64,000 nt of DNA, from assembly GCF_006345805.1 (NCBI RefSeq), contig NC_043002.1:48484001-48548000 (forward strand), read 5' to 3'. This DNA comes from Octopus sinensis (taxonomy: Eukaryota). A program made the translations under genes and the position numbers. The notes beneath the pieces are model-generated. The model ran no database searches and had not been told where the DNA came from. It saw only the letters and a program-made list of their open reading frames with translations. Positions 63,276-64,000 of this stretch are shown piece by piece (the stretch's first letter is position 1; every line of letters starts with the position of its first letter).

Positions 63276-63352
63276 CATGTATGTATGTATACAGTACGGT
63301 TATGTGCTACTAACAGTTACTTAAATTGCCGATGTTTTCTGGGCATGTTTTA
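63129..63352. repeat. 65-bp inverted repeat (56/65 identical) around a (TA)n(TG)n spacer
   Basis: 63129-63193 versus the reverse complement of 63288-63352. Confidence 0.85.
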
Positions 63353-63479
63353 GTAACACGCCTAGTGTCTCCAAGCAATGTTTAGTCTTTAAGGACATCA
63401 ATTATACAAATTATAGATCAAGACGATAGAATAAGATAAATCACGAGAAAAAACAAGTTGAGAGTGGATGTAAAAATGG

Positions 63480-64000
63480 AAGGGTGAAAGTAATCCGGAG
63501 AGGGTGATGTTCTCCAATTCGCCTACAGAAACTTGTACATATGTTTTGACATTTATTTTACTCTGAAAGCAGAAAACTGTGTGAGTAAAGTCAGAAATAA
63601 TCTTATCCTTCCTCTGGAGTGCCAAGTTGAGAGTTTTTAGATGATTCATTACATCAGTAATAAACAACAGATCATGCATCCGTTCATCATTTTCCAGTTG
63701 GGGGTAGAATATTTTTTTCTTTTAGAAAAGCAATACTAGGCTTCAACAAATCCACAAACCTACTCAAAACGTTTCTGGTTAATAGCCACTTCAGTGGGTT
63801 TATCTTCAAACTCAGTTATTCCTTAAAATTTCTGAATTGTCGGTAGATTTCCCTATTTAAACATATGGCATTCACAATTTCAAGTACAGATTTCATTGCA
63901 ACGTTATACTTGAAGCATCTCGCTACAAGGTTATCACAATAAATAATACAATGAAGAGAGAGAAACTCTGGAAAGCTCGAATCACTTTCATAAACACAGT
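63480..64000 (-). mobile_element. hAT (Charlie/SPIN, GTF2IRD2-like) transposase relic running off the window
   Basis: FLSLHCIIYCDNLVARCF...VLEIVN...RQF...WL..RNVLSRFVDLL...YPQLEND..DLLFITDVMNHLKTLNLALQRKDK (hAT CxxH/HCII, RW and DLxFLxD-type motifs). Confidence 0.85.

Overview
AT-rich, microsatellite-dense animal genomic DNA. The SINE and retroelement repertoire looks like that of an octopus-type cephalopod, but this is inferred from remembered repeat families, not a database match. I could not recognise any host protein-coding exon, rRNA, genuine tRNA or CRISPR array. Most ORFs in the supplied track are translations of (TA)n, (TACA)n, (CA)n or (GA)n repeats, or pieces of transposons, so the window is probably intronic or intergenic. 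Decayed mobile elements present: two full-length mariner (DD34D) elements, a full-length and a partial rosa (DD41D) element, a Tigger/pogo relic, a hAT relic, three non-autonomous Helitron-like elements, LINEs of the RTE, CR1/Jockey and R4/Dong groups, several Penelope-like fragments and three tRNA-derived SINE families. The most notable signal is a set of about nine hammerhead-ribozyme-like motifs from several unrelated repeat families, mostly in Penelope-like ends next to (TA)n tracts. Some carry non-canonical catalytic cores: a compensatory U3-A8 pair, U4C and A6U. Other notable structures: two long near-perfect DNA hairpins, a 70-bp minisatellite whose units each fold into a hairpin, a SINE trimer bounded by a single 17-bp TSD, and a nested LINE stack at 53-58 kb.
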